Shown: positions 11,458 to 22,064, counted from the stretch's first letter. The stretch is DNA of 47,287 nucleotides from Planctomycetota bacterium (GCA_039815285.1 JBCBZP010000021.1:1-47287); one strand, 5' to 3'. The notes: generated from the letters alone by a model not told the origin. A program made the numbers and translations.

Positions 11458-11767
11458 TCGCTTTAACCAAATATCATCGACGCGTTCCTGCGGATACCCG
11501 GGCTCCGCGGCGTCACGCCGAACGTACCACGCACGACCCCTCGAGCGGTGGCAGCCTCGGTCAAGCGGTACAGCCCACACGCGAAGGCCTCTGCGGGATC
11601 GTGCCCGGCGTGGTCCGACGGCTCGTCGGGCCTGTCTTTGCGGTCACGGACGATCCGGTCGCCGCGGCCAAGCCCAGAACAGACGATCCTGCAAGCAGGC
11701 CCGAAGATGGGCTGCCGATGCCCGTCCGCCGCTCGCCCCGCGCCCAGCCGACACCGAAGGACCGCGA

Positions 11768-12556
11768 TCAGTACGCAAAGAGCCCGACCGTGACGTCGCG
11801 GCCGCCGAGGTAGTCGTTCCGCAGGACGACTCGCGGGGCGAACTCGTTCACGCGTGACAGCACGCGGTTCGGATCAAAGCGGCGGGCCGGGTCGTTGCGC
11901 GCGGGCGCCGCGCTCGTCGACGCGACACTGCTTGATTGAAAGCCCGCGTTCAAGAAGTTGAACACGACGCCCCCAGCGCGGCCCGACGACGCGAGCGCCG
12001 CGTACGCCCGTTCGACAACGCCGACCGCCGCGTCTTCTTCGAGCGTGTTCAACGCCCCCGAGAACAGCAGGACCGTTGCCCCCGAGCCGACGAGCCCGTT
12101 CCAGAGCGCCCCGTCGCGCACGAAGTCGGCCAGGCGGAATGAAACGCCCTGCCAGCCGTGCTTGGTGCCCCGCTGCTCGCAGGCATCGACGAGCTCGGGC
12201 ACGCCGTCGACGCCGACGTATCCGCGGACGCGTCGCCCGCTGCCGATCAGCCAGTCGTAGAGGTCGGCCCGCCCGCAGCCGATATCGGCGAGCGTGACCC
12301 GCTCGAGGTCGCCGACTTGGTCTTTGTCGCGACCGGTGTCTCCAAGACCCAGCTCGCGCAGCCCGAGCTCGGCCGTCTCGATGAGCACCCGAAACCGCGT
12401 CCGCTGAAACTCGGCGTTGCGCCAGAGCAGCGACTCGAAGGTGGCCCCGTGCCGGCGCACCGCGTCGCGGTAGGGCTCGAGGTACGGCTCGCCTCGATCG
12501 CTGGCGCGACTCTGGTCTCCGGTCGCATCGCCGACGCCGCCGGCCGCGGGCGTCAT
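11768..12556 (-). CDS. class I SAM-dependent methyltransferase
   Basis: Motif I LADIGCGRADLYDWL and downstream acidic motif II. Start chosen at ATG 12556 (MTPAAGG...), 4 nt downstream of the stop of the upstream kinase gene, which suggests translational coupling. Confidence 0.65.
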   Translation of the reverse strand: MTPAAGGVGDATGDQSRASDRGEPYLEPYRDAVRRHGATFESLLWRNAEFQRTRFRVLIETAELGLRELGLGDTGRDKDQVGDLERVTLADIGCGRADLYDWLIGSGRRVRGYVGVDGVPELVDACEQRGTKHGWQGVSFRLADFVRDGALWNGLVGSGATVLLFSGALNTLEEDAAVGVVERAYAALASSGRAGGVVFNFLNAGFQSSSVASTSAAPARNDPARRFDPNRVLSRVNEFAPRVVLRNDYLGGRDVTVGLFAY

Positions 12557-12560
12557 GGCT

Positions 12561-13502
12561 TCAAGCGATCCGCAGCATCGACGCGTACTCGGCGTACCGC
12601 GTCGCAAGCTGATCGGTGTCGAGCTTCGAGAGACGCTCGAGGCTGAACGTCTCGATCGTGAACGACGCCATGACCGTGCCGTGCGCGAGCGCGGTACGCA
12701 GCCGGTCGGCGTCGAGCGGCGCCTCGGAGCTGGTGTTCGCCAGGTAGCCCATCACGCCGCCGGCGAACGAGTCGCCCGCGCCGGTCGGGTCGACCACCCG
12801 CTCGGCCGGGAACGCCGGCAGCGCTCCGACGCCGATCTCACCGCCGAACCGCTCGACGAACAGGCACCCGTGCTCGCCCTTCTTCACGACGACGAACGTC
12901 GGGCCGAGCTCAAGGATCTTCTTGCCCGCGGTGACAGGGTTCTTCTCGCCGGTGAACTTCTCGGCCTCGTCGTGGTTGAGCACCAGCCCGTCGACGGCGG
13001 CGATCATCGCGCGGAGGTCGTCGTTGGCGACGTCGATCCACAGGTCCATCGTGTCGGCAACCGCCAGCGACCGCTCGTTGAAGCTCTGCAGCACGTCAAC
13101 CTGCATCGCCGGGTGCATGTTCGCGAGGAAGACGTGCTGCGCCCCCGCGACGGCGGGCGGCACGGGCGGCGCCGCCTCCTCCAGCACGCCGAGGTGCGTG
13201 TAGATCGTCTCGCGGTGGTCCATGTTGTCGAGGTACTTCCCGCCCCACGCGAACGTCGTCGACTCCTGTCGGCGGTCGACCGCCGACAGGTCGAGCCGGT
13301 CGAACGCCGACAGCATCGCCTCGTGCTCGCTCGGCCAGTCGCCCCCGACCGCGGCGACGAGCGACGTCGGGCCGTAGAACGAGGCGGCGGCCGCGAAGTA
13401 CGCGCCCGAGCCGCCGAGGATGTTCTCTTTCGAATCGCCGCCGGGCAGGTCCACCCGATCGACGCTCACCGTTCCGAAGACTGCCAGGCTCATCGCGGAC
13501 AA
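12561..13502 (-). CDS. PfkB-family carbohydrate/nucleoside kinase (ribokinase-like)
   Basis: Gly-rich N-terminal motif (ILGGSGAYFAAAASFYG) and C-terminal PfkB signature VVDPTGAGDSFAGGVMGYL. Confidence 0.8.
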   Translation of the reverse strand: MSAMSLAVFGTVSVDRVDLPGGDSKENILGGSGAYFAAAASFYGPTSLVAAVGGDWPSEHEAMLSAFDRLDLSAVDRRQESTTFAWGGKYLDNMDHRETIYTHLGVLEEAAPPVPPAVAGAQHVFLANMHPAMQVDVLQSFNERSLAVADTMDLWIDVANDDLRAMIAAVDGLVLNHDEAEKFTGEKNPVTAGKKILELGPTFVVVKKGEHGCLFVERFGGEIGVGALPAFPAERVVDPTGAGDSFAGGVMGYLANTSSEAPLDADRLRTALAHGTVMASFTIETFSLERLSKLDTDQLATRYAEYASMLRIA

Positions 13503-13531
13503 TAGCCGTGAGCGAGCCGCAGCACGCCGCG

Positions 13532-15052
13532 TCAGCCCGCCGCCTCATCGCCGTCGCCGCAGGGGCTCGGCTCACCGGAGGCGTCCGACGCGGACGGCTC
13601 TGGCGCCGGGGGCTCGGACTCGGACGAGGCTCCGCCGGCGAGCTCGTCCACGGACCGCAGCTGCCCCTCGCTGCCGGCGACGACGGCCGTGACCATGCAG
13701 TCGCCCGTCACGTTGCACGCGGTCCGGCACATGTCGAGGATGCGGTCGACGCCGAGGATCACCGCGATGCCCTCGAGCGGGATGCCGACCGCCTCCAGCA
13801 CGATGACGAGCATGACGATGCCCACGCCGGGCACGGCCGCGGTCCCGACCGACGCGAGCGTCGCGGTCAGCACGATCTGGAGCTGCTGCGCGAGCGTGAG
13901 GTCCATGCCGTAGAGCTGAGCGATGAACGCGGCGGCGACGCCCTGGTACAGCGCCGTGCCGTCCATGTTGATCGTCGCCCCGATCGGCGCGACGAAGCTG
14001 GTCACCTGCTCGCTCGCGCCGAGCCGGTTCTCGAGGCAGTCCATCGTGACCGGCAGCGTCGCGCCCGAGCTGCTCGAGCTGAACGCGAGGAGCTGAGCGG
14101 GGCTGATCGCCGCGAAGAAGCGCCCGTAGCCCACGCGCTGCCTCGTCAGCAGCTTGAGGGCGAGCGGGTAGACGCCGAACATCATCAGCCCGAGCCCGAA
14201 GACCACGGTCAGCACGTACTTCGTCAGATTCGCCAGCACCTCGACGCCCAGGTCGGCGACGACCTTGGCGATCAGCGCGAACACCGCGTAGGGGGCGATT
14301 TTCAGTACGAGGTGCACGATGCGGATGACCACCTCGGTCAGCGCGTCGCAGACGTCGGTGACCGCCCTCGCCTTCACCTGCGGAATGAGCGTGAGCGAGA
14401 AGCCCACGAGCAGCGCGACGACCACGACCTGCAGCGTGTTGCCCTCGGCCATCGCCTCGAACGGGTTGGTCGGCACGAGGTTCAGCAGGGTGTCCCAGCC
14501 CGTGACATCGCCGCGTTCCTGGGCGCCGACCACTTTCTCGGTCGCGTCGGCCGCGCCCGACGCCTGCAGCCGGTCGCGGAGGCCGCCGTCGAAGCCCCGG
14601 CCCGGGCCGACAAGGTTGGCCAGCAGCAGCCCGACCGAGATCGCGACCGCGGTCGTGGCGAGGTAGATCCCGATCGTCTTGCCGCCGATGCGGCCAAGCT
14701 TGGCGGTGTCGCGCAGGCTGCTCACCCCGACGATCAGGCTGAACAGCACGATCGGCACGGCGATGAACCGCAGCGCGCGCAGGAACAGGTCGCCGACGAA
14801 GCCGTTGGCGTGACGGGCGAAGCGGGCGGCCCAGGCGACGGCGCCCGCGCCCTCGTTCGCGGCGCCCTCGGCGGCCGACGCCGCCGCGGCCTTACCCCCC
14901 GCGAGGTACGGCGCCGGGTCGGCGACGCCCAGCGAGTTCCAGGTCGCGTCGGTCCAGGCGAGGTTGACGATCGCGCCGACGAGCACGCCCGAAGCGAGGC
15001 CGATCAAAATCTGCCAGTGCAACGCCAAGCCGCGTTTGTTCGAATCACCCAT
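13532..15052 (-). CDS. dicarboxylate/amino acid:cation symporter (GltP/DctA, SDF family)
   Basis: Multiple TM segments, with the conserved reentrant-loop region SSSGATLPVTMDC...VAPIGATINMDGTALYQGVAAAFIAQLYG typical of the sodium:dicarboxylate symporter family. Start at ATG 15052 (MGDSNKRGLALHWQILIGL); the longer track ORF adds an Arg-rich non-coding-looking extension. Confidence 0.8.
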   Translation of the reverse strand: MGDSNKRGLALHWQILIGLASGVLVGAIVNLAWTDATWNSLGVADPAPYLAGGKAAAASAAEGAANEGAGAVAWAARFARHANGFVGDLFLRALRFIAVPIVLFSLIVGVSSLRDTAKLGRIGGKTIGIYLATTAVAISVGLLLANLVGPGRGFDGGLRDRLQASGAADATEKVVGAQERGDVTGWDTLLNLVPTNPFEAMAEGNTLQVVVVALLVGFSLTLIPQVKARAVTDVCDALTEVVIRIVHLVLKIAPYAVFALIAKVVADLGVEVLANLTKYVLTVVFGLGLMMFGVYPLALKLLTRQRVGYGRFFAAISPAQLLAFSSSSSGATLPVTMDCLENRLGASEQVTSFVAPIGATINMDGTALYQGVAAAFIAQLYGMDLTLAQQLQIVLTATLASVGTAAVPGVGIVMLVIVLEAVGIPLEGIAVILGVDRILDMCRTACNVTGDCMVTAVVAGSEGQLRSVDELAGGASSESEPPAPEPSASDASGEPSPCGDGDEAAG

Positions 15053-15168
15053 AGCGGCAAGGGTACGGGCGTCGGGCACGGAGGCCGACGCTCGCGAGCG
15101 AGCCCGGAGCCGCCGCCGCCCGACGCCCAAGGCCGCGGCCGTACGATCCGCATTGGAGAGACCGAACC

Positions 15169-17205
15169 ATGTCCGCAGCCGCCAGGGCCGAAAACCATGA
15201 CCCGGTCACCGGCCGCACCAGCTCCCGCCGGTACCGCTCGTACCTCGACCGCCGGCGTGAAAAGATCAAGCAAGACAAGGGCCACCTCAAGAACGAGGAG
15301 CAGCCCACCGACCGCTCACGCTCGTTCGTAGAGCTCGGCCGGGGGTTCTGGAGGCTGCTGAGCGACCACCACCCGACCGTCTACTTCATCCTCGCCGTGC
15401 TGACGGTCTCGGTCGTGTTCTCGCTCGCGCTGCCCTACTCGGTCAAGGTCGTGACCGACTACATCGTCGCCGACACGCCGGGCCCGGAAGCCCTCGCGCC
15501 GTACGTCGCGCTGCCGCGGTTCGCCGACGGGCCGAACGCCGGCGAGGTCGACCGCGGAGCCATGCTCTTCTGGCTCGCCGGGCTCATGATCGTGACCGCC
15601 GCGGTCTCGACCGCCATCGGCATGACCGGGCGCTGGCTCGCGACCAAGCTCACCAAGCTCCTGATGGTCGAGCTCCGGCACAAGGTCTTCGACCACGCGA
15701 TGCAGCTCCCGCTCCACCGGGTACACGAGATCAAGTCGGGCGGCGTCGCCAGCACCCTCCGCGAGGACGCGGGCGGGGCGGCGGAGCTCATCTTCCACCT
15801 GCTCTACAACCCGTGGCGAGCGGTCATCCAGCTCGTCGGCTCGCTCATCATCCTCGCGTTCGTCGACTGGCTCATGCTCGTGGGCGCCCTGCTGTTCATC
15901 CCGCTCGTCTGGCTCACGCACCGGACCTGGATCGGGCTCATCCGCCCGATCTATCGAGACGTCCGCCGGACACGCCAGGACATCGACGCCTCGGCCGCGG
16001 AATCGTTCGGCGGCATGCGCGTCGTGCGCGGCTTCGCGCAGACCCGCTCCGAAGCCAAGCGCTTCGTCGGCTCCAACAACTACATGATCCGCCAGGAGAT
16101 CCTCGCCTGGTGGTGGTCGCGCTCGGTCGACATCGCGTGGGCGCTCCTGATCCCGGTCGCCACGACCGCCGTGATCCTGTTCGGCGGGCGGCGCGTCCTC
16201 GACGGCACACTCACCATCGGCGACGTCATCACCTTCGTCGCCTATGTCGGCTTCCTGCTCGGCCCGCTCGAGATGCTCGCGTCGAGCGCGACCAACGCGC
16301 AGAACTCGCTCGCCGCCCTCGACCGCTCGCTCGACGTGCTCGACGAGCCGACCGAGTTCGCCGCGACCAACGCCGCCCGGGCCGGCGCGGCGCTCCGCGT
16401 TGTTGATAGCGCGAGCGCCCGCGGCGAGATCGAGGTCCGCGGGCTCACGTTCGCCTACCCCGCGCCCACAAACGCCAAGGGCGACGAAGCCCAGGCGCCC
16501 CGCCAGCACGTCCTCGAGGACATCAGCCTCCGCGTCTCGCCCGGCGAGACCATCGCCCTCGTCGGCCAGTCGGGCTCGGGCAAGACCACGCTGTGCAACC
16601 TCATCGCCCGCTTCTACGACCCGACCCACGGGTCGGTCCTGTTCGACGGGCACGACCTGCGCGACACCGACGTCGCCAGCTACCGCCGCCTGCTCGGCAT
16701 CGTCGAGCAGGACGTCTTCCTCTTCGACGGCACGATCGCGCAGAACATCGCCTACGCCCGCAAGGACGCGACCGAAGACGACATCGTCCGCGCCGCGACG
16801 CTCGCCGCCGCCCACGACTTCATCACCGATACCGAGCGCGGCTACGCCACCGTCATCGGCGAGCGGGGCGTGCGCCTCTCGGGCGGGCAGAAGCAGCGCC
16901 TCGCGATCGCCCGCGCCATCCTCGCCGACCCGCGCGTGCTCATCCTCGATGAAGCAACCAGTAACCTCGACGCCGAGTCCGAAGCGCTCATCCAGCGGTC
17001 GCTCCGCACCCTCATGGACGGCCGGACCACCTTCGTCATCGCCCACCGGCTCAGCACGATCCGCAGCGCCGACCGGATCATCGTGCTCGAGCGCGGGCGG
17101 CTCGTCGAGCAGGGCACCCACCACGAGCTCATCGAGCAGGGCGGCCGCTACGCGACGCTGCTGCGGATGCAGCTCGACCCGGGCGAGGCCGAGCAGCTCA
17201 CGTGA
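15169..17205 (+). CDS. ABC transporter, fused permease/ATPase (MsbA-like exporter)
   Basis: N-terminal 6-TM domain, then NBD with Walker A GQSGSGKTTLCNLI, signature LSGGQKQRLAIARAIL, Walker B VLILDEATSNLD and H-loop IAHRL. GGAGAG lies 8 nt upstream of ATG 15169. Confidence 0.9.
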   Translation: MSAAARAENHDPVTGRTSSRRYRSYLDRRREKIKQDKGHLKNEEQPTDRSRSFVELGRGFWRLLSDHHPTVYFILAVLTVSVVFSLALPYSVKVVTDYIVADTPGPEALAPYVALPRFADGPNAGEVDRGAMLFWLAGLMIVTAAVSTAIGMTGRWLATKLTKLLMVELRHKVFDHAMQLPLHRVHEIKSGGVASTLREDAGGAAELIFHLLYNPWRAVIQLVGSLIILAFVDWLMLVGALLFIPLVWLTHRTWIGLIRPIYRDVRRTRQDIDASAAESFGGMRVVRGFAQTRSEAKRFVGSNNYMIRQEILAWWWSRSVDIAWALLIPVATTAVILFGGRRVLDGTLTIGDVITFVAYVGFLLGPLEMLASSATNAQNSLAALDRSLDVLDEPTEFAATNAARAGAALRVVDSASARGEIEVRGLTFAYPAPTNAKGDEAQAPRQHVLEDISLRVSPGETIALVGQSGSGKTTLCNLIARFYDPTHGSVLFDGHDLRDTDVASYRRLLGIVEQDVFLFDGTIAQNIAYARKDATEDDIVRAATLAAAHDFITDTERGYATVIGERGVRLSGGQKQRLAIARAILADPRVLILDEATSNLDAESEALIQRSLRTLMDGRTTFVIAHRLSTIRSADRIIVLERGRLVEQGTHHELIEQGGRYATLLRMQLDPGEAEQLT

Positions 17206-17664
17206 CGCGGCCTCCTGTGCCTCGTCGCCCCGCTCGTATCGACCGCTGTCCCGGCCGCGCGGCTGAGTCGAGTCCGGGCTCCCGATCGGTGATGGCTGCG
17301 AGAGATCTACAAGATCGCCGGAACCGTCGCGCCCTCCAAGAACGGGTCGGTCGTCGATCCGGAGGACTCCGGGCAGGTCACTCAAATCGCTCGCGGTGCC
17401 GTTGATACCGGCCGCGTGTACCCGGGGCGCTCCCTATCCAGCAGACCGCCGCCTGCTGCGGAGACCACTTTCTCGCAGCCGGTATGACTCATCGTTGCTG
17501 AGCCTCCCAACGCGGTGACCGGCCCGATCGCACCGCTCAACTTCCAGAAGCTCAGGCCCATCTCTACCAGACCCGTTCGCCCAGCACAGCCGACCGTTTC
17601 CTCTTGGCGATGACCATGAAGATGTTCGACACCCCCGCGATGGTCACGCTCTCCATGGTCGTGC

Positions 17665-19704
17665 TCACGACAGCTCTTCTGCGGCATATGCACCGTCGGC
17701 AGAAGAGGGGTCCCGGGTGTCCGCGAGCTTGAAGCCGCCGACGAGTCGTTCGAGATGCTCGGCCCGTTCGGAGAGCCCGCGTGCGGCCGACGCCGCCTGC
17801 ACCGAGCTCACGGATGCCTCGCCGGAGACCGCCTCGATGCGGCTGATCCCGTCGCTGATCTGGGCGCCCGTCGCCGCCTGCTGCTCGGCGGCGGCCGCGA
17901 TATCGCGGGTCTGCCGCTGCACGTCACGCGTCGCCTCAAGGATCTCCGTCAGAGACTCGCCCGAGCGCTGTGTGAGCACAACACCCATGTTCGCTCGCTC
18001 GGAGCTGGTGCTGATCCGCTCGACCGCGCCGCGGGTACCAAGCTGGATCTCCTTGATCGAATCGCTCACCTGCTCGGTCGCCTGCGTCGTGCGTTCGGCC
18101 AGCTTGCGCACCTCATCGGCCACGACCGCGAACCCACGCCCGTGCTCGCCCGCGCGAGCCGCCTCGATCGCCGCGTTCAGAGCGAGGAGGTTCGTCTGAT
18201 CCGCGATATCGTTGATCACGTCGATGATCGCGCCGATCTCCTCGCTGCGCGTCCCGAGGGCGGTGACGGCTTCGGACGACTCCTGAACCTCTTCAGCGAT
18301 CGCCATCATCTCGGCGACTGTCTGGTTGACGATCCCGCCCCCCTCACTCGCGAGCTTCTCGGCGTTGGACGACGCGTCCGAAACCACCGTCGCGGCTCGG
18401 GCAACATCCGAGACCGCCGACTCCAATTCCCCCACCGCGACCACCATTGTCTGAGAGTCCTGAGCCTGCGAAGTCACCCCGTTCGACATCTGCTCGCTCG
18501 TCGATGCGATCTCGGCCGACGCACGTGCAACCTCGCCGGTCGCCGTCCGCACCTCGAGCAGCACGGCCTGGATCTTGTCGGCGAACGCGTTGAATGCGAG
18601 GCCGACCTGCCCGAGCTCGTCGTGCCCGCGGATGTCGATGCGTTGCGTGAGGTCGCCCTGACCCGCCGAGATGTCCGTCAACCGCTCGCAAAGCCGCCTG
18701 ATGGGGCGCACGAGCGTCAGCGTGATCCGCCACGCGAGCAGAACACTCAATCCGAAGCCAAGCCCACCGGCGAGCAGCGATGCCATAGACGCAGCCGAGA
18801 CCATCTCGGCGGCGCTCGACCGCTCCTCGGCCTGCTCACGCTCCAGACGCTCAACAATCTTGCCGAGACGGCCTGCGATCTGCGGGCCTATGACGTCAAG
18901 CGATTCAACGACGAGCGTGTTGCGGTCCGCGACGAGCGACCCCAGCTGCTCCATCGATGCGTGGTACACCGCGATCTCACCGCGGATCGATTCCATGACC
19001 TCGCGCGCCGACTCGCTTGCCGCGGACTCGATCGCTCGGGCGAGGGATTGGTCGGCCATAGCGATCGCATCCATCGCGTAGCTGTGCTGCGCGAGGTCGA
19101 AACGCCCGAGAAACTTCATCGCCGCGACCCGCGCCAGGGTGAAATCTGCGTAAACCGAAGATACCGATCGTTCGATCTGCAGATCGCCCGCGCTGATCGC
19201 TTCGGTGGACAGCCGCCGAAGCTCGCTGTTGATGCGATCACCCGCGGGATCAAGCGTGGTCGATCGGATCGTGTTCCGCTCGGTAACCAGCACTTCAACG
19301 CGGCTGAACTTCGTCTTGTACTCCGACCAGCGGGAGCGGCACTCGGCGAGCAGCGCGCTCGTTTCGTTGTCGTTGAACCCTCTGTTGGAAGCCGCGAGTG
19401 ACTCGTCGAACGACTCGGCCCACTGCTCGAAGCTCCTCAGGTCTTCGTCACTGTTGCGGATGAGGAAGTCTTTCACATTCATTCTTGCCATCAGCAGCGC
19501 GTTGTTGAGCCGCCCTGCAAGAGCGAGGTCACGCCCCGCGTCGGCGACATCATTCATCGCATTCAGCGATTTGCGGGCCGTCGTCACACCGAAGACCGTC
19601 CCGGTCCCGACAAGCACGGCCACCAGCATGAAGCCGCTCCAGAGACGCGCACTAACGCTCATGTTCAGGTTCGGGAGGAGGCGACGACGCTTTGCGCTGG
19701 ACAT
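17665..19704 (-). CDS. methyl-accepting chemotaxis protein
   Basis: N-terminal TM and sensor region, a HAMP-like segment, and an MCP signalling domain with the highly conserved tip [45 protein letters not shown]. Start chosen at ATG 19704 ([10 protein letters not shown]), with AAGGAT 8 nt upstream; the track ORF extends to 19818. Confidence 0.85.
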   Translation of the reverse strand: MSSAKRRRLLPNLNMSVSARLWSGFMLVAVLVGTGTVFGVTTARKSLNAMNDVADAGRDLALAGRLNNALLMARMNVKDFLIRNSDEDLRSFEQWAESFDESLAASNRGFNDNETSALLAECRSRWSEYKTKFSRVEVLVTERNTIRSTTLDPAGDRINSELRRLSTEAISAGDLQIERSVSSVYADFTLARVAAMKFLGRFDLAQHSYAMDAIAMADQSLARAIESAASESAREVMESIRGEIAVYHASMEQLGSLVADRNTLVVESLDVIGPQIAGRLGKIVERLEREQAEERSSAAEMVSAASMASLLAGGLGFGLSVLLAWRITLTLVRPIRRLCERLTDISAGQGDLTQRIDIRGHDELGQVGLAFNAFADKIQAVLLEVRTATGEVARASAEIASTSEQMSNGVTSQAQDSQTMVVAVGELESAVSDVARAATVVSDASSNAEKLASEGGGIVNQTVAEMMAIAEEVQESSEAVTALGTRSEEIGAIIDVINDIADQTNLLALNAAIEAARAGEHGRGFAVVADEVRKLAERTTQATEQVSDSIKEIQLGTRGAVERISTSSERANMGVVLTQRSGESLTEILEATRDVQRQTRDIAAAAEQQAATGAQISDGISRIEAVSGEASVSSVQAASAARGLSERAEHLERLVGGFKLADTRDPSSADGAYAAEELS

Positions 19705-19935
19705 CTGCAAGATCCTTGATCCGCGGGGCAACAACCCCGTACGAGTAGGACATCGATCCCAGGCCCACCAGACCTTGGCTTCGAGCCACTTATTTGTGCG
19801 GCAAGGTTTGCTCTGCACCCCAGATCAAGCGGAGGCGAAGACGAACCTGAACAAGGCTTACGTCCTCATATACAAAGTAGTCCAGTAAAAGAAAATGTGA
19901 GGAGGGGCTCTTGAAGCTTCTCAAGAGAATCAAGA

Positions 19936-20008
19936 ACAGGGCATCAGGGACTCGAACCCCGACTAACAGAATCAGAATCTGTCGTGCTACCGATTACACC
20001 AATGCCCT
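19936..20008 (-). tRNA. tRNA-Gln (anticodon CTG)
   Basis: The reverse complement folds as a cloverleaf: acceptor AGGGCAT/ATGCCCT (7 bp), D-arm GTGT-AATCGGTA-GCAC, anticodon stem ACAGA/TCTGT with loop TTCTGAT (anticodon CTG), 4-nt variable loop, T-arm CGGGG-TTCGAGT-CCCTG. Confidence 0.75.
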
Positions 20009-20145
20009 TCGAGAAGAATCAGATTCTCCTGCGGAGCATGCTAGTCCGCCTCGTCCGCTCGGCCAACACCAGCAGACCCAGGCCAGAGGACGAACGACTG
20101 TCGGCCTGGATGAGGGAGCATGGCGTTCGTGCGGCAAACAAGCGT

Positions 20146-20565
20146 TTAGCCGCGTCGCCCGCTGAGCCAGGCAAGCCCGTTCCCCCCAGCTCTGTCAGCG
20201 GAGGATGTCATCTCTGGGCTCACCGCCATCACGGCACCAAGAACATCGGGCCGTACCCGCGCACGAGCATCAACGCCGGTGACTTGCAACACTTGGCGTA
20301 CGTGCGGTGACGCACCGGAAATCGCCAAGGATCGTCCCTCCTCGGCCAAACGGTTGCCAAGACCGATCAGAAGTCCCAGAAAAGTCGAGTCCACCGATTC
20401 GACGTTCTGCAAGTCGAAGACCACCGGCTCGGACGGATCGTTGCCGTCGGCCGGATCGGTCGCAGCCTCGAAGACCTCGCGAGCCACCTCAGCAAACACG
20501 CACGAGACGACGGGCGTGACTACGAGCACGCCAGAGACTCGATCGGTCATAGCAGAACGAGACAT
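20146..20565 (-). CDS. STAS-domain protein (anti-sigma factor antagonist-like)
   Basis: Sequence ...VFDLQNVESVDSTFLGLLIGLGNRLAEEGRSLAISGASPHVRQVLQVTG is typical of SpoIIAA/RsbV-type STAS domains. AGGAGG lies 7 nt upstream of ATG 20565. Confidence 0.7.
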   Translation of the reverse strand: MSRSAMTDRVSGVLVVTPVVSCVFAEVAREVFEAATDPADGNDPSEPVVFDLQNVESVDSTFLGLLIGLGNRLAEEGRSLAISGASPHVRQVLQVTGVDARARVRPDVLGAVMAVSPEMTSSADRAGGNGLAWLSGRRG

Positions 20566-20628
20566 CGCGATCCCTCCTTCACGAGCGGAAGCATTCGACA
20601 CGTACACACCGAGTTGTTGTGGGTTCTC

Positions 20629-20964
20629 TCAGTTGCCCCAGCGGCCCAGGCTGTTCGGGCGGCCGAGGGGCTTGGCACGCCCGAAGCCGCTCGAGCCTGC
20701 ACGCGGCCCCGTCGAATGCCCGATGGTGGAGCCCAGGGTCGCATTCGAACCGTTGCCCGGCCCGTTCGGGTTGTTGGGCACCGAACCGTTCGTACCAGCG
20801 TCGTTGCCGTTGGCCGGAGCGTCGCGAGCCGGGGCGTTGGAAATCGGATGCGGCACAGACTCGTCGCCCGCACCCAAGCGTCTCTGTCTCGCCTCGCTGA
20901 TCGAACGATCCAGCTTGCCGAGGATCCGACGGACCTCTTCGATTGTGCGCTCGGATGTCGCCAT
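20629..20964 (-). CDS. small hypothetical protein with helical N-terminus and Gly/Asn/Pro-rich disordered tail
   Basis: 111-aa ORF with GGAGAT 8 nt upstream. N-terminus MATSERTIEEVRRILGKLDRSISEARQRR, followed by a low-complexity G/N/P-rich tail. Same strand as the STAS gene and 22 nt upstream of the track STAS ORF (64 nt upstream of the chosen STAS start at 20565). Confidence 0.45.
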   Translation of the reverse strand: MATSERTIEEVRRILGKLDRSISEARQRRLGAGDESVPHPISNAPARDAPANGNDAGTNGSVPNNPNGPGNGSNATLGSTIGHSTGPRAGSSGFGRAKPLGRPNSLGRWGN

Positions 20965-21209
20965 CAGTCTGATCTCCGTTCCGCATAACTATCGGCGGCG
21001 GTTCGGCACGACTTTCGTCCGAGAGTGATCTCTCACGGAATCCGTTCAGGGTCGACCGGCGATCCTCTCCATGGCTCCGCGGGTTGTCATCAGAAGCCGG
21101 CATCCGGGACTCCTACTAATTCGAAATCTCCTGCATCGGTCAGGAGGATCGAGCGGGTCCGCGAGGTCGCTCGACGAGCGCATTCACGTCCACAGAGGAA
21201 ACTTCCAAT

Positions 21210-22064
21210 ATGCGCACGCTTCTGGCCATCCCTGTTTTCAACGAGCAGAAGCATGTTGCGCAGGTCCTTGAGCATGCTCTTGAGGTCTTGGAGTCCGATA
21301 ACGCCCTACAAGCCGCCGGTGGCACACTCGAAACGTCCGTCCTCGTCATCGACGACGGCTCGACCGACGCCACGCCCCAGCTCCTCGCCCAGTTCCCCGT
21401 CGAGGTCGTGCGCCACTCGACCAACCGCGGGTACGGCCGATCCATGCAGGACGCGTTCCGCTGGGCCGCGGTCGACCGGTTCGACTGGGTCATCACCATG
21501 GACTGCGACGAGCAGCACGAGCCGGACGCGCTGCCCGAGTTCCTGGAAGCCCAGGCCGCGGCCGACGCCGCCCGAGACGACACGCCCCAGAGCAACCCGG
21601 CCCAGAGCAACTCGGACGCCGCCGACGTGATCTCCGGCTCGCGGTACTTCATCCCGCCGGAAGCAACGCAGGCCGAGGGCGCACCCCCGCCCGACCGCCG
21701 CCGCATCAACGGGCTGATCACGACCGAGCTGAACGAGCGGCTCGGTCTCTCGCTGACCGACGGCTTCTGCGGGTACAAGTCGTACCGGGTCGCCGCGCTC
21801 GAGAAGCTGCGGCTGACCCAGGACGGCTACGCGTTCCCCATGCAGTTCTGGGTGCAGGCCGTCGCCCACGGGCTGACCACCCGCGAGATCCCGGTCAAGC
21901 TGATCTACAACGACCTCAAGCGGAGCTTCGGCGGCCCGCTCGACATCGCCGAGACGCGCCTGGCCCACTACCGCCGGGTGCTGCACTGCGAGCTCGACCG
22001 CTGCGGCCCGAGCCTGCCCACGGCCGCGCTCGCGGGCGTCACCGCCGACTGCCCCGGCGCATAG
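21210..22064 (+). CDS. family 2 glycosyltransferase (polyprenyl-phosphate sugar transferase-like)
   Basis: Motifs IPVFNEQ, VLVIDDGSTDAT, NRGYGRSM and MDCDEQHEP (DXD-type) are typical of GT2 Dpm1/GtrB-like enzymes. Confidence 0.75.
   Translation: MRTLLAIPVFNEQKHVAQVLEHALEVLESDNALQAAGGTLETSVLVIDDGSTDATPQLLAQFPVEVVRHSTNRGYGRSMQDAFRWAAVDRFDWVITMDCDEQHEPDALPEFLEAQAAADAARDDTPQSNPAQSNSDAADVISGSRYFIPPEATQAEGAPPPDRRRINGLITTELNERLGLSLTDGFCGYKSYRVAALEKLRLTQDGYAFPMQFWVQAVAHGLTTREIPVKLIYNDLKRSFGGPLDIAETRLAHYRRVLHCELDRCGPSLPTAALAGVTADCPGA

Noticed and set aside
13508-15331. 607-aa plus-strand ORF overlapping the GltP symporter
   Set aside because: Antisense to a clearly identified transporter. Product is charged low-complexity (RR, DD, HH runs).
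15316-17385. 689-aa minus-strand ORF antisense to the ABC exporter
   Set aside because: Mirror frame of a gene with Walker A, signature and Walker B motifs. Product is Gly/Asp/Arg-rich nonsense.
17667-17700. Inverted repeat CTCTTCTGC...GCAGAAGAG near the MCP 3' end as a terminator
   Set aside because: It lies within the last codons of the MCP coding sequence and lacks a following T-tract on the coding strand, so it is probably a coincidental dyad.
17755-19401. 548-aa plus-strand ORF antisense to the MCP
   Set aside because: The opposite strand encodes the conserved MCP signalling domain. This frame is Arg/Leu/Asp-rich artefact.
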